Shown piece after piece: positions 1 to 11,404 of a DNA stretch of 32,000 nucleotides. The number at the start of each line of letters is the position of its first letter. Within the stretch, counting starts at the first letter, position 1. The stretch comes from Prochlorococcus marinus subsp. pastoris str. CCMP1986 (lineage in GTDB: Bacteria > Cyanobacteriota > Cyanobacteriia > PCC-6307 > Cyanobiaceae): the NCBI RefSeq assembly GCF_000011465.1, contig NC_005072.1, forward strand, positions 1,470,001 to 1,502,000, written 5' to 3'. The notes under the pieces are model-generated. The model ran no database searches, was not told the DNA's origin, and saw only the letters and a list, made by a program, of their open reading frames with translations. Position numbers and translations under genes: made by a program.

Positions 1-888
1 TTTTCTATCACTAACAAATTTATTTCCATAACTGACTCCAATACCTTTTTCAATAGTTCGAACAAAAGTCACTTTAGCCTTTAAAAATAAAGCAGGTTTA
101 AGAAATAAATTTTCATTTATATTTACTGATGGGTCATAGCCATACATAGAAAGGCCAACGCGTACCATATCAAAATGAAAATCTTTGCCAAGAACCATGC
201 CAGCAGAATTAGCAAGATGAATCTTAATATTTTGTGTATTATCAATATCAATAATTTTCAATAATTCTTGAAATTTTTCTTTTTGTAATTGAGTGCTGCT
301 TTTAGGATTCAAAGCATTCTTTTCATCTGCGCAGGCGAGATGACTATATATTCCCTTAACAGCAATATTTTCAAGTGATTTAATATTATTAAATTGTTGA
401 ACAAACTGATCACATTCAAATCCTAATCTTGACATCCCAGTATCAACTTTTAGATGCAACGAGAATTTTAAATTATTACTCTTTCCAATGTTATTACAAA
501 TCAAACACTCCCTAAATGTACTAATAGTTGGCATCAAATCATTTCTAAAACATATTAATAAATCTTTTTTCGTATAAAGATTACCAAGTACAAGAATTGG
601 GGCATTTATCCCAAAAGAACGAAGCTTTATACCCTCCTTTAAGGTTGCTACTCCTAATTGAGAAGCGCCACCTTTAATCGCTTTTTCAGATACAACTTTT
701 GCATCATGTCCATATCCATCAGCTTTGACAACTGCCATAAATTCACAATTATTTTTTAATTTTGATCTTAATTGCCTTACGTTTGACTCTATTGCTTTAC
801 CACTGACTTCTATCCAAGCTCTTTGAGTTGGATCTATTTCTCCTTCAAAACTTGGAAGAGTATCAAAATTAATTTTTCGATTATTCAA
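1..888 (-). CDS. alr: Alanine racemase, 3'-truncated by the window edge
   Basis: The minus-strand open frame has the PLP-lysine motif MAVVKADGYGHDAKVV, then LGVATLKEGIKLRSFGINAPILVLGN and GIYSHLACADE. No in-frame ATG precedes it; a TTG at 886-888 is the best start. It is absent from the ORF track, probably because its stop lies outside the window. Confidence 0.88.
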   Translation of the reverse strand, partial: MNNRKINFDTLPSFEGEIDPTQRAWIEVSGKAIESNVRQLRSKLKNNCEFMAVVKADGYGHDAKVVSEKAIKGGASQLGVATLKEGIKLRSFGINAPILVLGNLYTKKDLLICFRNDLMPTISTFRECLICNNIGKSNNLKFSLHLKVDTGMSRLGFECDQFVQQFNNIKSLENIAVKGIYSHLACADEKNALNPKSSTQLQKEKFQELLKIIDIDNTQNIKIHLANSAGMVLGKDFHFDMVRVGLSMYGYDPSVNINENLFLKPALFLKAKVTFVRTIEKGIGVSYGNKFVSDRK

Positions 889-968
889 AGAATTTGAATT
901 AATGATTAAGCGATTATATGCGCTTATTTAAATATACCGCTAGCATGACATGTAAATTGATTTTTGGC

Positions 969-1475
969 ATGGGCCAGACTCTTGTTTTAAATGCATCTTA
1001 TGAACCTTTAAACATTACTTCTTGGCGAAGAGCTGTAATTTTAATGATCAAAGGTAAAGCTGAAAGTTTAGAAGAAGATCAATCATATGCCATACATTCT
1101 GGGCAAAACCTTCCTACTGTTATTAGGCTTCGCTACTACGTTAAAGTTCCCTTCAGAGAAGTCGCACTTACAAGAAAAAATATACTTCTTAGAGACAATA
1201 ATTCATGTCAATATTGTAACCACAGAGGTAGTGATTTATCGATAGATCATGTTTTACCACGAAGCAGAGGTGGAACTGACAACTGGGAAAATGTAACAAC
1301 TGCATGCCTTAGATGTAATGTTCAAAAAGGTAATAGGACTCCCGAAGAAGCAAATATGCCTTTAAAACGAAAGCCATATCGTCCATTAAGTAATCTAAAT
1401 TTTGAAGCCACTAGACAAATAGACTCTGGAAAACATAAAGAATGGAGTAAATATGTGATTGGGTTAGCTGCTTAA
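969..1475 (+). CDS. HNH endonuclease family protein (conserved cyanobacterial type)
   Basis: The protein has MGQTLVLNASYEPLNITSWRRA, CQYCNHRG...LSIDHVLPRSRGGTDNWENVTTACLRCNVQKGNRTPEEA, which is an HNH motif with two CxxC. The likely start is the internal Met at 969, not 918. Confidence 0.88.
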   Translation: MGQTLVLNASYEPLNITSWRRAVILMIKGKAESLEEDQSYAIHSGQNLPTVIRLRYYVKVPFREVALTRKNILLRDNNSCQYCNHRGSDLSIDHVLPRSRGGTDNWENVTTACLRCNVQKGNRTPEEANMPLKRKPYRPLSNLNFEATRQIDSGKHKEWSKYVIGLAA

Positions 1476-1481
1476 AATTAA

Positions 1482-2576
1482 TTAATTTTCATTCTCATTA
1501 AAATCTTCTAGCATCCTTTTTTGTTCTTGTGCTAAACAAGCATAAATAACATCATCTAATTGTCCTGCCAGAATCGGCTCTAATGCAAAATTGGATCCCA
1601 ACCTATGATCAGTAGTTCTATTATCCTTAAAGTTATAAGTTCTAATTTTTTCGCTTCTATCTCCACTTCCAACTTGCATTAGCCTTTGTGACCTTTCCTT
1701 AGCATTAGCTTCTTTTAATTGAATCTCATATAACTTAGCTCTTAGAATTTCCATAGCTCGCTCACGATTTTGTAGCTGAGATCTTTCTTGTGTACAAAAT
1801 ACTCTGATACCTGTTGGCTTATGAATTAGATCAATAGCAGTCTCTACCTTATTAACATTTTGACCTCCAGCACCACCTGATCTAGCCGTACCAATTTCTA
1901 TCTCAGTTGGATCAATCTTAACTTCTACTGGATCAGCCTCAGGCATAACCGCAACTGTTGCAGTAGAAGTATGAACTCTGCCTTGAGATTCAGTTGCTGG
2001 GACTCTTTGAACTCTATGAACACCTGCCTCAAATTTCAATTGACTATAAACAGAATCTCCTTTTACAGAAATAACTAATTCTTTAAATCCTCCCATATCT
2101 GATTCAGAAGCACTAATAGGTTTTACTGTCCAACCAATCTTTTGTCCATATCTTTCATACATTCTTGCTAGATCACCGGCCCAAATACAAGCTTCATTTC
2201 CTCCTGCACCAGCTCTAATTTCCAACATTACACTTCTTTCATCTCGTGGATCTTTGGGTAATAAAGCAATTGTTAATTTTTCAATAAGTTGATTCTTAAG
2301 ATCTTCTAGACTAAATAATTCTTCATTAATCAATGATTCCATATCTTTATCATTTCTATTCTCTTTAAGTAATTGTTTAGAGTCTCCAATTTCTTTATCA
2401 GTATCAAGTAATTGATTAAAATCTAAAACCAAAGGTTCCAGCTTGGCTCTTTCTCTTGCTATTGATTCTAGTTTTTTAGGGTTATTTGCAATATCGGGGT
2501 CAGCCAACTGCATTTCCAAATTAACAAAACTTTCTGATGCATTTTTCAACCTTGCAATTAATGTTGTATATTCCAA
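1482..2576 (-). CDS. prfA: Peptide chain release factor 1
   Basis: Contains the GGQ motif ([26 protein letters not shown]) and the class I RF domains. Confidence 0.97.
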   Translation of the reverse strand: MEYTTLIARLKNASESFVNLEMQLADPDIANNPKKLESIARERAKLEPLVLDFNQLLDTDKEIGDSKQLLKENRNDKDMESLINEELFSLEDLKNQLIEKLTIALLPKDPRDERSVMLEIRAGAGGNEACIWAGDLARMYERYGQKIGWTVKPISASESDMGGFKELVISVKGDSVYSQLKFEAGVHRVQRVPATESQGRVHTSTATVAVMPEADPVEVKIDPTEIEIGTARSGGAGGQNVNKVETAIDLIHKPTGIRVFCTQERSQLQNRERAMEILRAKLYEIQLKEANAKERSQRLMQVGSGDRSEKIRTYNFKDNRTTDHRLGSNFALEPILAGQLDDVIYACLAQEQKRMLEDFNENEN

Positions 2577-2610
2577 TTGAAAATTTGCTTAAATTTTGAT
2601 TAGTAAATTT

Positions 2611-2871
2611 TTATTTATCTGATTTTTTAGATTCTTTTGTTTCTTTTGAAGTAGCTGAATCGGCTGAACCCATTCCATACTTTTTCATGAACCTATCAAC
2701 TCTACCCTCAGTATCAAGTATTTTTTGAGTGCCAGTAAAGAAAGGATGATTCCCACTCCAAACATCAACATGTAATTCAGGCTTAGTTGAACCTGTTGTC
2801 ATTACGACTTCTCCATTACAAATAACTTTTGCATCTGGATACCATTTAGGATGAATTTCTGATTTAGGCAT
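2611..2871 (-). CDS. rpmE: 50S ribosomal protein L31
   Basis: MPKSEIHPKWYPDAKVICNGEVVMTTGST...WSGNHPFFTGTQ. The internal Met at 2871 avoids overlap with rpsI and matches the family start. Confidence 0.95.
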   Translation of the reverse strand: MPKSEIHPKWYPDAKVICNGEVVMTTGSTKPELHVDVWSGNHPFFTGTQKILDTEGRVDRFMKKYGMGSADSATSKETKESKKSDK

Positions 2872-2884
2872 AATAAAAGATGTT

Positions 2885-3295
2885 TTAACGTTTAGAGAAT
2901 TGACCAGCTTTCCTAGCTTTTTTAAGACCATATTTTTTTCTTTCTTTTGATCTAGGGTCTCGACTAAGGTGTCCTTCTGTTTTTAAAGGCTTCCTGTTAT
3001 CTGGAGATAAACCACAAAGAGCTCTAGCTGCTCCTTGCTTGATAGCATCTGCTTGCCCTGTTAAACCACCACCAAAAACATTTACAAAAATATCGTATGA
3101 ATTTTCAAGGCCTAAAGTTAGCAAAGGTGCTTTAACTGAATTTAAGTGTGATGGGTTGAAGTTTAAGTAATCATCACCAGAACGACCATTTATTTTAATT
3201 TGTCCATTGCCGGGAATTAAACGAACTCTTGCCACAGAAGTTTTTCTTCTTCCAGTACCCCAATAAACTGCTTTGTTTTTTACTTGACTATTCAT
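2885..3295 (-). CDS. rpsI: 30S ribosomal protein S9
   Basis: [19 protein letters not shown] at the N terminus and [25 protein letters not shown] at the C terminus. Confidence 0.97.
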   Translation of the reverse strand: MNSQVKNKAVYWGTGRRKTSVARVRLIPGNGQIKINGRSGDDYLNFNPSHLNSVKAPLLTLGLENSYDIFVNVFGGGLTGQADAIKQGAARALCGLSPDNRKPLKTEGHLSRDPRSKERKKYGLKKARKAGQFSKR

Positions 3296-3304
3296 TGTTA
3301 GAGT

Positions 3305-3736
3305 TTAACTATTTAATAATACAGGATTTTGTGCAGCATGAGGATGATCTGAACCTTTATAAACTTTTAATTTCTTGAATTGCTGCCTTCCCAATGAATT
3401 ATGAGGAAGCATTCCTTTAACAGCTTGCTCAATTATTCTCTCAGGAATCCTTTCTTGAAGTGATTCAAATTTTTCAACTTTCATTCCTCCTGGTCTACCA
3501 GAATGTCTTCTGTATAATTTCTGTGATGCTTTTTTACCTGTTACCTCTACTTTTTCGGCATTAACAACGATAACAAAATCACCTGTGTCTAAATGAGGGG
3601 TAAATGTTGGTTTATTCTTTCCTCTCAAAACAGCAGCTATTTCTGTAGAAAGCCTGCCAAGTGTCTTATCTTTAGCATCAACTAAAAACCAATTTCGTTC
3701 GATAGTTTCTATAGAGGGAGTAATAGTTTTATTCAT
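3305..3736 (-). CDS. rplM: 50S ribosomal protein L13
   Basis: [44 protein letters not shown]. Confidence 0.97.
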   Translation of the reverse strand: MNKTITPSIETIERNWFLVDAKDKTLGRLSTEIAAVLRGKNKPTFTPHLDTGDFVIVVNAEKVEVTGKKASQKLYRRHSGRPGGMKVEKFESLQERIPERIIEQAVKGMLPHNSLGRQQFKKLKVYKGSDHPHAAQNPVLLNS

Positions 3737-3852
3737 TTATAAATTTTACTTGAATAAATTTTATCAATTTTAAATTCTACCTTATTGAAGGAGTAATAAA
3801 CAATTATTTTGATTATCTAAATATATTATTTAAGTTTATAAAATCTTCCAAG

Positions 3853-4659
3853 CTAGGAGTAACCTCTAATTACAAATTTCGGGAAAAGATCATTTTTATT
3901 AATCCTTTTAAAAATATTTTCTTCGTATACAGAATTTACGAAACATAAACCTTTGGCTGGCGCTGACTCTCGAACATCATGTTTCTTTTTTAAAACCCAT
4001 CTATCTTTAAAGATATCTGGCGTTATTTTCTTTTCTCCTACTAAAACAAGTTGACCCACTATTGAACGTACCATTCCATAAAGAAATCCTGTAGCTTTTA
4101 TATCTATCAATATCAAATCCTCAGTCCTTTCTAATTTTATATCTTTTATTGTTGTCACTGAAGTTGATCTATTACTTCCACTCTTTTGAAAAGCAAAAAA
4201 ATCATGCTCTCCAATCATTCCATCTAAAGCAATTGACATTGAAACCTCATCAAGATATTTCTGATATCTATGCCAAGACCACTTATTTAAAAACAAATTA
4301 GGTATCTTATTATTATTTATTACGTATCGATAATGTCTATAAACTGCAGAATAGCAAGCATGCCAGCTACTTTTTACTTCTACTGATTCTAAGATTCTAA
4401 TTGTATGAGGTAATCTACTATTTAATACATCTGCATAACGATCAATTGGTATTAAGAAATCAATATCAAAATGAATTACTTGCCCAGAAGCGTGAACTCC
4501 AGCGTCTGTTCTTCCTGAAGCAAATGTTTTTATAATTTGATTTGATATTTTAAATAGGCAATTTTCTATTGTCTCTTGAACACTTATTGCATTTTTCTGT
4601 CTTTGCCAACCTGAAAAATAAGATCCATCATATTGGATAACTAAAGCTACTCTTTTCAA
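3853..4659 (-). CDS. truA: tRNA pseudouridine(38-40) synthase
   Basis: YDGSYFSGWQRQ, the catalytic motif FASGRTDAGVHASGQVIHF and the MVRSIVGQLVLVG motif. Confidence 0.95.
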   Translation of the reverse strand: MKRVALVIQYDGSYFSGWQRQKNAISVQETIENCLFKISNQIIKTFASGRTDAGVHASGQVIHFDIDFLIPIDRYADVLNSRLPHTIRILESVEVKSSWHACYSAVYRHYRYVINNNKIPNLFLNKWSWHRYQKYLDEVSMSIALDGMIGEHDFFAFQKSGSNRSTSVTTIKDIKLERTEDLILIDIKATGFLYGMVRSIVGQLVLVGEKKITPDIFKDRWVLKKKHDVRESAPAKGLCFVNSVYEENIFKRINKNDLFPKFVIRGYS

Positions 4660-4696
4660 AAGTTATTTTATATTTTCCAGTTTTATTTTTCTATCT

Positions 4697-5047
4697 TCAA
4701 ACTAGTTCAATAATAGCCATTTGTGCATTATCACCTTTTCTAGCAACAGTTCTGACGATTCGGGTATAACCACCGTTTCTCTCTCCATATCTTTCTTGAG
4801 CTTTTTCAAATAGTGAGTGAACTAACTTTTTATCATAAATGTAACCAAGAGCTCTTCTTCTAGCAGATAAAGTACCCTCCTTTGCTAAGGAGATCATTCT
4901 TTCCGCCTCATTTCTTAAAGCTTTAGCTCTTGCTTTGGTAGTAGTTATTCTACCTTCTCGAATAAGTTGAGTAGTTAAAGCTCTAAGAAGAGCTTTTCTT
5001 TGATCAGCTGGTTTACTTAAAAGAGGAACCCTAAGTTGATGTCTCAT
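4697..5047 (-). CDS. rplQ: 50S ribosomal protein L17
   Basis: [37 protein letters not shown]. Confidence 0.96.
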   Translation of the reverse strand: MRHQLRVPLLSKPADQRKALLRALTTQLIREGRITTTKARAKALRNEAERMISLAKEGTLSARRRALGYIYDKKLVHSLFEKAQERYGERNGGYTRIVRTVARKGDNAQMAIIELV

Positions 5048-5062
5048 AATCTCAATAGTTTG

Positions 5063-6001
5063 TTAAACAGATGTCCTGCTTTGTGGAATTGAAATTCCTA
5101 TTCGTTCAAGAGCTTCAATAACCTCATCTGCAGATTTCGAGCCGAAGTTCTTAATTTCTAAAAGATCTTCGTAACTGAATCCCATTAAATCTGAAACAGA
5201 ATTAACTTGTGCTCTCTTCAAACAATTATAAGCTCTAACGGACAAGTTTAGTTCTTCTAATGGAATTTGAGCTTCAGGAGAAGGTTCTGGTTCTTCAGGT
5301 ATTTCTTCAACCATTGTAACGGTTGCTAGGGGCTGAAAGAGTTCAATTAACTGGTTTGCTGCTTCAGCAATTGCATCATCAGGGCTTGTGGAACCATCTG
5401 TAACAACTTCCATTGTTAATCTTTCTCTACCTGTTGCTCCTTCTGCAACAGCAGTTTCATCTATTGTGAAGTTAACTCTTTTTACAGGCATAAAAACAGC
5501 ATCAATCTGAAGCAAGTCTATAGCAGTAGTTTCTTGATTTCTTCGATCTACAGGTCTATAACCAACCCCTCTTTCTACATGAATTTCTAGCTCTAGATTA
5601 TGTCCCTCTTGAATAGTTGCGATAGGTTTTTCACCATCAACTATTTCAACTTGAGAAGAAAATTGTATGTCGTTTGCCTTTACTTCCATTGGGCCATTAA
5701 CTACTAACCTCCCAATCTCAGTCTCTGGGTTGGAACTATTAATAGAAAGTTGCTTACAATTTAAAAGAATATCTAAAACGTCTTCTCTAACTCCTGGGAT
5801 AGTGGCATATTCGTGATTAATTCCTGAAATTCTTACAGCTGTAACAGCACTACCTTCAAGTCCTCCCATAAGAACTCTTCTTAAAGAATTACCGAGAGTT
5901 GTAGCTTGTCCTCTTTCTAAGGGGCCAATTAAAAATGTTCCTGTTTGGGAGCGATCATCTGATATTTGATGATCGATTCTGTCAATCTGGTATTGCAACA
6001 C
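5063..6001 (-). CDS. rpoA: RNA polymerase alpha subunit
   Basis: Has the N-terminal domain ([30 protein letters not shown]) and the alpha-CTD ([23 protein letters not shown]...[14 protein letters not shown]). The start codon is GTG. Confidence 0.97.
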   Translation of the reverse strand: MLQYQIDRIDHQISDDRSQTGTFLIGPLERGQATTLGNSLRRVLMGGLEGSAVTAVRISGINHEYATIPGVREDVLDILLNCKQLSINSSNPETEIGRLVVNGPMEVKANDIQFSSQVEIVDGEKPIATIQEGHNLELEIHVERGVGYRPVDRRNQETTAIDLLQIDAVFMPVKRVNFTIDETAVAEGATGRERLTMEVVTDGSTSPDDAIAEAANQLIELFQPLATVTMVEEIPEEPEPSPEAQIPLEELNLSVRAYNCLKRAQVNSVSDLMGFSYEDLLEIKNFGSKSADEVIEALERIGISIPQSRTSV

Positions 6002-6047
6002 GGAAAAAAAAAGGTTGAAAGTTTGGGGGGGGGGGGGGGGTTAAGTT

Positions 6048-6440
6048 CTAAACGCGTCTACGTTTAGGTCTTCTGCATCCATTATGAGGTAATGGAGTTA
6101 CATCTCTTATTAGAGTTATTTCTAAACCGGCCACTTGTAAAGCTCTTATGGCGGTTTCCCTACCTGAGCCAGGGCCTCTAACTAATACTTTTATTTGTCT
6201 CATGCCTTGATCAAGAGCTCTTTTAGCCGCGGCTTCGGCAGCTGTTTGAGCAGCAAATGGAGTCCCTTTTCGAGCACCTTTGAATCCACTTGCTCCTGCA
6301 GAAGACCAAGAAATTACATGGCCCGAAGTATCAGTGATAGATACGATAGTGTTATTAAAGGTACTTTGAATATGTACTACGCCATTTGGTACATTTTTCT
6401 TTGATTTCTTTGAACCTGTTTTTTTTACTGGAGCTGCCAT
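6048..6440 (-). CDS. rpsK: 30S ribosomal protein S11
   Basis: [43 protein letters not shown]. Confidence 0.97.
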   Translation of the reverse strand: MAAPVKKTGSKKSKKNVPNGVVHIQSTFNNTIVSITDTSGHVISWSSAGASGFKGARKGTPFAAQTAAEAAAKRALDQGMRQIKVLVRGPGSGRETAIRALQVAGLEITLIRDVTPLPHNGCRRPKRRRV

Positions 6441-6488
6441 AACAATTTAGATAAATAAATTTAGTGTCATTTTTTTATAATTAATTAA

Positions 6489-6854
6489 TTATTTTTTTCT
6501 TCCAGCAACTGTTTTTCTTGAGCCTCTTCTCGTTCTAGCATTTGTTCTTGTTCTTTGACCTCTTACAGGAAGACTCATTCTATGCCTTCTCCCTCTAACA
6601 CAACCAATATCTTGCAAGCGTTTCATCGCCATACCCTCTTTCCTACGTAAATCACCCTCTACAGTAAAGTCTTCTGTAGCACCTCTCAATTTCTGTACAT
6701 CACTATCTGATAAATCTTTGACACGAATATCAGGATTAACTCCTGTATTTGAAAGGATTAATTTTGATCTTGTTAGACCAACTCCATAGATGTATGTAAG
6801 TGCAATTTCAACTCGTTTTTCACGAGGTATGTCAATTCCTGCAATCCTGGCCAC
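6489..6854 (-). CDS. rpsM: 30S ribosomal protein S13
   Basis: [26 protein letters not shown] and [24 protein letters not shown]. Confidence 0.97.
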   Translation of the reverse strand: MARIAGIDIPREKRVEIALTYIYGVGLTRSKLILSNTGVNPDIRVKDLSDSDVQKLRGATEDFTVEGDLRRKEGMAMKRLQDIGCVRGRRHRMSLPVRGQRTRTNARTRRGSRKTVAGRKK

Positions 6855-6899
6855 TTGTTTCGAATTAGTAAAAGGTTTTTAATTAAATTTCGTCAAAGA

Positions 6900-7016
6900 T
6901 TAACCTTGACGCTGTTTGTGTCTAGGGCTAGCGGTGCAAATAACCATTACCCTGCCATGTCTACGAATAACACGACATTTGTCACACATTTTTTTTACTG
7001 AGGCTCTAACCTTCAT
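6900..7016 (-). CDS. rpmJ: 50S ribosomal protein L36
   Basis: Manual translation gives [38 protein letters not shown] (38 aa). It is missing from the ORF track, likely because of its size. Confidence 0.95.
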   Translation of the reverse strand: MKVRASVKKMCDKCRVIRRHGRVMVICTASPRHKQRQG

Positions 7017-7054
7017 AAGGTTTTCTCATTAAAATGTTAATTCCATATTGTACA

Positions 7055-7609
7055 TCATCGACAAGCCATTTTTTGTTTTATATCAGCAGAAATTGTTTTT
7101 AGATCACCATCAGCCTTGATATTTTCTAATAAGGCGAGATCTTTATAGTATTCAATCAATGGCTCTGTAGTTTCCTTATAAATTTTTAATCTTGTTTTAA
7201 TAGTTTTTTCATTATCATCTTTTCTACCCCTAATAAGTAAACGCTTTATTAAAACTTCGTCTGGTATATCTAAATAAAATACGATTTCTAAAGGTTGATT
7301 TATATTAATCAATACATCATTAAGAGAATTCACTTGAGACAAATTTCTAGGATAACCATCTAAAATCCAACCATTATTATCCTTATCCAAATTTTTTTTT
7401 ACAATTTCTAAAACTAATTGATCACTTACAAGTTCCCCTCTATTCATAATATCTTTTACTTGTTTACCCAAATCAGTATCCAAATCAATTTCTTTTCTTA
7501 ATAATTCTCCAGTAGATAAATGTAAATAAGAGTTGGCTGCACTCAAAAGGGCAGCTTGAGTTCCTTTACCTGCTCCGGGTGGTCCTAAAAATAGTAAATG
7601 TTTTTTCAT
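7055..7609 (-). CDS. adk: Adenylate kinase
   Basis: P-loop [23 protein letters not shown] and DGYPRNLSQ motifs. Confidence 0.95.
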   Translation of the reverse strand: MKKHLLFLGPPGAGKGTQAALLSAANSYLHLSTGELLRKEIDLDTDLGKQVKDIMNRGELVSDQLVLEIVKKNLDKDNNGWILDGYPRNLSQVNSLNDVLININQPLEIVFYLDIPDEVLIKRLLIRGRKDDNEKTIKTRLKIYKETTEPLIEYYKDLALLENIKADGDLKTISADIKQKMACR

Positions 7610-8934
7610 TAATTATTAACTAATCCCTCATACCTCTGAGAAATAACATAAGTTTGAATTTGTTTAGCCGTATCGATAGCAACTCCTACAAGAATCAATA
7701 GAGAAGTGGCTCCTAAACCTTGAAAAGTTTGAACATTAGTTGCTCTTTCCACAGCCGCAGGAATTATTGCTACTGAACCTAAAAATAATCCTCCTAATAG
7801 TGTCAGCCTATTTTGAATACCTGACAAGTAATTTGCTGTATTAGAACCAGGTCTTACTCCAGGAATAGCAACTCCTCCCTTTTTTAAATTAGATGCTACA
7901 TCTACTGGATTAATGGTAAGAGAGGCATAAAAGTATGAGAAACCTAAAATTAAAGCAAAAAATGTTAATGCATATGGCCATGGATTGGAAGAACCCGGAT
8001 TTAAACTACCAGCTATTTTAATTAGAATTGGATTCCCGGTAACATTTGCAACTGTTATTGGTAAAAATATCAAGGCAGATGCAAAGATAATTGGCATGAC
8101 CCCTCCAGCATTCAACTTTAATGGCAAATAACTTTGTCTTGTTGGAAGTAATGAAGAATTACCTATCTGTCTTTTTGCACTAACAATTGGTATGCGTCTT
8201 GCTCCCTCTTGAACAAAAATTATTCCTACGATTGTTAGTAAAAAGACTCCGAGTAAAACAGCTATACCTAGAACATCTCCACGATCGCCAGTTTGTGCTT
8301 TTTCAATAGTTGAACTCAAAGCTTTTGGCAAGGTTGCAACAATATTTAAGAAGATCACTAATGAGGCTCCTTGACCTATTCCTTTCTCCGTAATAATTTC
8401 ACTAAACCACATTACTATCATTGAGCCTGTCACAAGGGCAATAGATGTTTGCAAAACAAAAGCGGTTTCACTTATACCCTCGATTGCATACTGTCTAAGA
8501 ATTAACGAGAATATTATACTTTGTAAAAAACCCCATCCCAAAGAAACATATCTGGTAATCTGAGCGATTTTTCTTCTACCTGCTTCACCCTCATTTTTTT
8601 GCAAATCTTCAAGGACAGGTAATGAAGCAGTCAAAAGTTGAATAATAATTGAAGCATTAATAAATGGTAAAATTCCAAGTGCAAATATTCCTAAGGTTGA
8701 AATTCCTCCTCCAGTAAAAATATCTAGAAAACCAATTAATTGACCACCCTGGTCAATAAAACTTTTAAACGCAACTCTATCAATTCCAGGCATTGGTATA
8801 TAAATACCCAGTCGGACCAAAAGCAGAAGACCTAAAGTTGTTAAAACTCGATTCCTTAACTCTTTATTTAAAAATAATTGAGTGACTATTTCTGAAGCAC
8901 TAGGATTTCTACTTTTGTTAATTAACATCGGCAA
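7609..8934 (-). CDS. secY: Preprotein translocase subunit SecY
   Basis: Multi-pass protein with [34 protein letters not shown] and [13 protein letters not shown]. Confidence 0.97.
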   Translation of the reverse strand: MPMLINKSRNPSASEIVTQLFLNKELRNRVLTTLGLLLLVRLGIYIPMPGIDRVAFKSFIDQGGQLIGFLDIFTGGGISTLGIFALGILPFINASIIIQLLTASLPVLEDLQKNEGEAGRRKIAQITRYVSLGWGFLQSIIFSLILRQYAIEGISETAFVLQTSIALVTGSMIVMWFSEIITEKGIGQGASLVIFLNIVATLPKALSSTIEKAQTGDRGDVLGIAVLLGVFLLTIVGIIFVQEGARRIPIVSAKRQIGNSSLLPTRQSYLPLKLNAGGVMPIIFASALIFLPITVANVTGNPILIKIAGSLNPGSSNPWPYALTFFALILGFSYFYASLTINPVDVASNLKKGGVAIPGVRPGSNTANYLSGIQNRLTLLGGLFLGSVAIIPAAVERATNVQTFQGLGATSLLILVGVAIDTAKQIQTYVISQRYEGLVNN

Positions 8935-8958
8935 ATAAAATTAAATTTATGAGTAAAT

Positions 8959-9414
8959 TTATTTATTATTAATAATTTCGCAAGATCCACCTGCAGCTTC
9001 TATTTTTTCCTTAGCAACTTTAGTGAATGCATGAGCTTGAACTTTTAATTTCACTTTAACTTCTCCATTACCTAAAATTTTGAGAGGAAATTTCGGCTTA
9101 AATAACAACTTTTTTTTCACAAGCGAATCTATATTGACAACTTCACTTTCTTTGAATTCACTTAATTTGCTTAAATTAACTATTGAAAAATTTTTTTGAT
9201 TAATAATTTCAAAATGCTTTAACTTGGGAACTCTTCTGTAAAGGGGCATTTGACCACCTTCGAATCCAGGTCTTGTAGGTCTACCGGATCGAGATTTCTG
9301 TCCTCTCATACCAAAACCACAAGAAGCTCCCTGCCCTGCCGCGATACCTCTACCTTTTCTTAATTTTTTCTTTCTTGAACCTGTGTTTGATTTTAGTGTA
9401 TTTAAAGTTGAAGT
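8959..9414 (-). CDS. rplO: 50S ribosomal protein L15
   Basis: [27 protein letters not shown]...[16 protein letters not shown]. The start is set at the internal Met ([10 protein letters not shown]) to avoid overlapping rpsE. Confidence 0.94.
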   Translation of the reverse strand, partial: TSTLNTLKSNTGSRKKKLRKGRGIAAGQGASCGFGMRGQKSRSGRPTRPGFEGGQMPLYRRVPKLKHFEIINQKNFSIVNLSKLSEFKESEVVNIDSLVKKKLLFKPKFPLKILGNGEVKVKLKVQAHAFTKVAKEKIEAAGGSCEIINNK

Positions 9415-9421
9415 CATAATT

Positions 9422-10042
9422 TTAAGAGTAAAGCTGTTCAAGAGAAATACCTCTCTCTCTAGAGGCAGATTTGTGGGTTCTTAATTGAGAAAGAGCCACC
9501 ATTGCAGCTCTCGCATTATTCAAGGGAGTTTTACTACCTAATCTTTTAGCTAAGACGTTTTTAATACCTGCTAATTCTAAAACTGTCCTAATTGACCCAC
9601 CAGCAATTACACCCGTACCAGGTGCAGCAGGTCTAATAAGTACATTCGCTGCTCCATCTCTCCCTTTAGATAAAGTAGGTATAGAATTATTCGGAGTTAA
9701 AGGAACTCTAACAAGATGTTTTTTACCGTCTGAGACTCCTTTCCTTACTGCTCCTATAACATCTCCTGCCTTCCCTACTCCTACTCCTACTTGTCCTTTC
9801 TCATTCCCAACAACAACAATTGCTCTAAAACTCATTTTTTTACCACCTTTTACTGTTTTAGATACTCTTCTAATTTGAACAACTCTTTCTTGCCACTCAG
9901 AATCCCTCTCATTTTTAGAGTCACCTCTTCGATTTCTCTTTCGATCATTATTACGATTACCTCTCCTCTGTTCATTAGCATTAGATGAGGGTGGATTCTC
10001 AGTCTTTGACTGATTTTCTTGTTTTGTTGGAGTGTCTGTCAT
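9422..10042 (-). CDS. rpsE: 30S ribosomal protein S5
   Basis: [41 protein letters not shown], preceded by a hydrophilic extension of about 50 residues. Confidence 0.96.
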   Translation of the reverse strand: MTDTPTKQENQSKTENPPSSNANEQRRGNRNNDRKRNRRGDSKNERDSEWQERVVQIRRVSKTVKGGKKMSFRAIVVVGNEKGQVGVGVGKAGDVIGAVRKGVSDGKKHLVRVPLTPNNSIPTLSKGRDGAANVLIRPAAPGTGVIAGGSIRTVLELAGIKNVLAKRLGSKTPLNNARAAMVALSQLRTHKSASRERGISLEQLYS

Positions 10043-10057
10043 GATAAAAATAAATAT

Positions 10058-10426
10058 TTAGAAATTCAAGCCTGCATCACGGGCCGCATCTGCAAGAGCT
10101 TTAACTCTGCCATGATATAGATTCCCACCTCTATCAAAAATTACTTCTTTAACACCTTTCTTCATTGCTCTTTTAGCTAATAACTTACCAACAATTGAAG
10201 AAGAGCTGCAGTTAGAAGAGAGTTTTTCTTTATCTTCCTTAAGTTCTTTATCTACTGTAGAAGCAGAACATATAGTTTGTTGTGCATCGTCGTCAATAAC
10301 TTGGGCATAAATATGATTATTTGAACGGAAAACAGCTAATCTTGGGCGTGCGGTACTACCGATTAGGTAACGCCTTAATCTTTTATGCCTTTTTTGAGTT
10401 TGAAGTTTCCTTGAAATTTTAGCCAT
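10058..10426 (-). CDS. rplR: 50S ribosomal protein L18
   Basis: [19 protein letters not shown]...[26 protein letters not shown]. Confidence 0.96.
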
Positions 10427-10440
10427 GATTTTTAAAGCAA

Positions 10441-10980
10441 TTATTTTTTGCCGGATTTACCAGCTTTTCTGATGATTCTCTCATCTTGGTATTTGATACC
10501 TTTACCTTTATAGGGTTCTGGAGGTCTGATTGATCTGATTTTTGCTGCTTCATTTCCAACAATTTCTTTATCAATTCCAGATACAGTTACATTGGTATTA
10601 CTTTCAACTTTGTATGTTATACCATCGGGGGGGGTCATTTCTACTGGATGACTATATCCAGCACTTACTACTAAATTTTTTCCTTTCACTTGAGCCCTAG
10701 ATCCAACACCCACTATTTCCAATTTCTTTTCGTAGCCTTCAGTAACTCCTTGAACCATATTTGAAATCAATGTTCTACATAGACCATGCCTTTCCCTTGA
10801 ATATCTTTTCGTAGTTGCTGGAGTAACAACAATCTGATTTTCTTTCTGATCAAAATTTACACCTTCAGGCATTAGTCTTTTGAGTTCACCTTTTGGACCC
10901 TTTACGGTAATGCTTAATCCCTTAATATCAACAGATACCTTTTCTGGTATTTGTACTGGAGATTTTCCTATTCTTGACAT
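10441..10980 (-). CDS. rplF: 50S ribosomal protein L6
   Basis: [12 protein letters not shown]...VKGPKGEL and [22 protein letters not shown]. Confidence 0.96.
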
Positions 10981-10992
10981 AATTAATACCTC

Positions 10993-11394
10993 TTAATAAA
11001 CATAACAAAGAACTTCGCCACCGATGCCTTGTTTCCTTGCGTCACGGTCACTCATTACACCCTTTGAAGTTGATACTATAGCAACTCCAAGACCCCCAAG
11101 AACTTTTGGTAAGCCCTTTGTATTTTTATAAACTCTCAATCCAGGCTTACTTACTCTTTGCATGGATCTGATAGTAGGAAATTTATTTTTACCACTATAT
11201 TTAAGTCCTAAAACGATTTGAGACTTGTAACCCTCACCTTCCTCATTAATATCAGTTATGAAGCCTTCTTTTTGCAGAACTTTAGCTATGCTAAGAGACA
11301 TTTTGGAGGCTGGGATTGCGGTGGATGTATGCTTTTTTTGACTCGCATTTCTTATACGAGTAAGCATATCTGAAATAGGATCGTGATTTGACAT
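10993..11394 (-). CDS. rpsH: 30S ribosomal protein S8
   Basis: [13 protein letters not shown] and [31 protein letters not shown]. Confidence 0.96.
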   Translation of the reverse strand: MSNHDPISDMLTRIRNASQKKHTSTAIPASKMSLSIAKVLQKEGFITDINEEGEGYKSQIVLGLKYSGKNKFPTIRSMQRVSKPGLRVYKNTKGLPKVLGGLGVAIVSTSKGVMSDRDARKQGIGGEVLCYVY

Positions 11395-11404
11395 GTTTAT
11401 AAGG

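Noticed and set aside
2611-2871. L31 without the second zinc CxxC (WSGNHPFFTG)
   Set aside because: Considered as an anomaly, but this zinc-independent form looks typical of cyanobacterial L31.
2872-2931. 20-aa N-terminal extension of L31 that overlaps rpsI
   Set aside because: The family start MPKSEIHPKW at 2871 avoids the overlap and is the better model.
6195-6404. 69-aa plus-strand ORF antisense to rpsK
   Set aside because: Complementary to conserved S11 coding sequence, with no family-like pattern.
9791-9988. 65-aa plus-strand ORF antisense to the rpsE extension
   Set aside because: Shadow of the low-complexity Arg/Asn-rich S5 N terminus.
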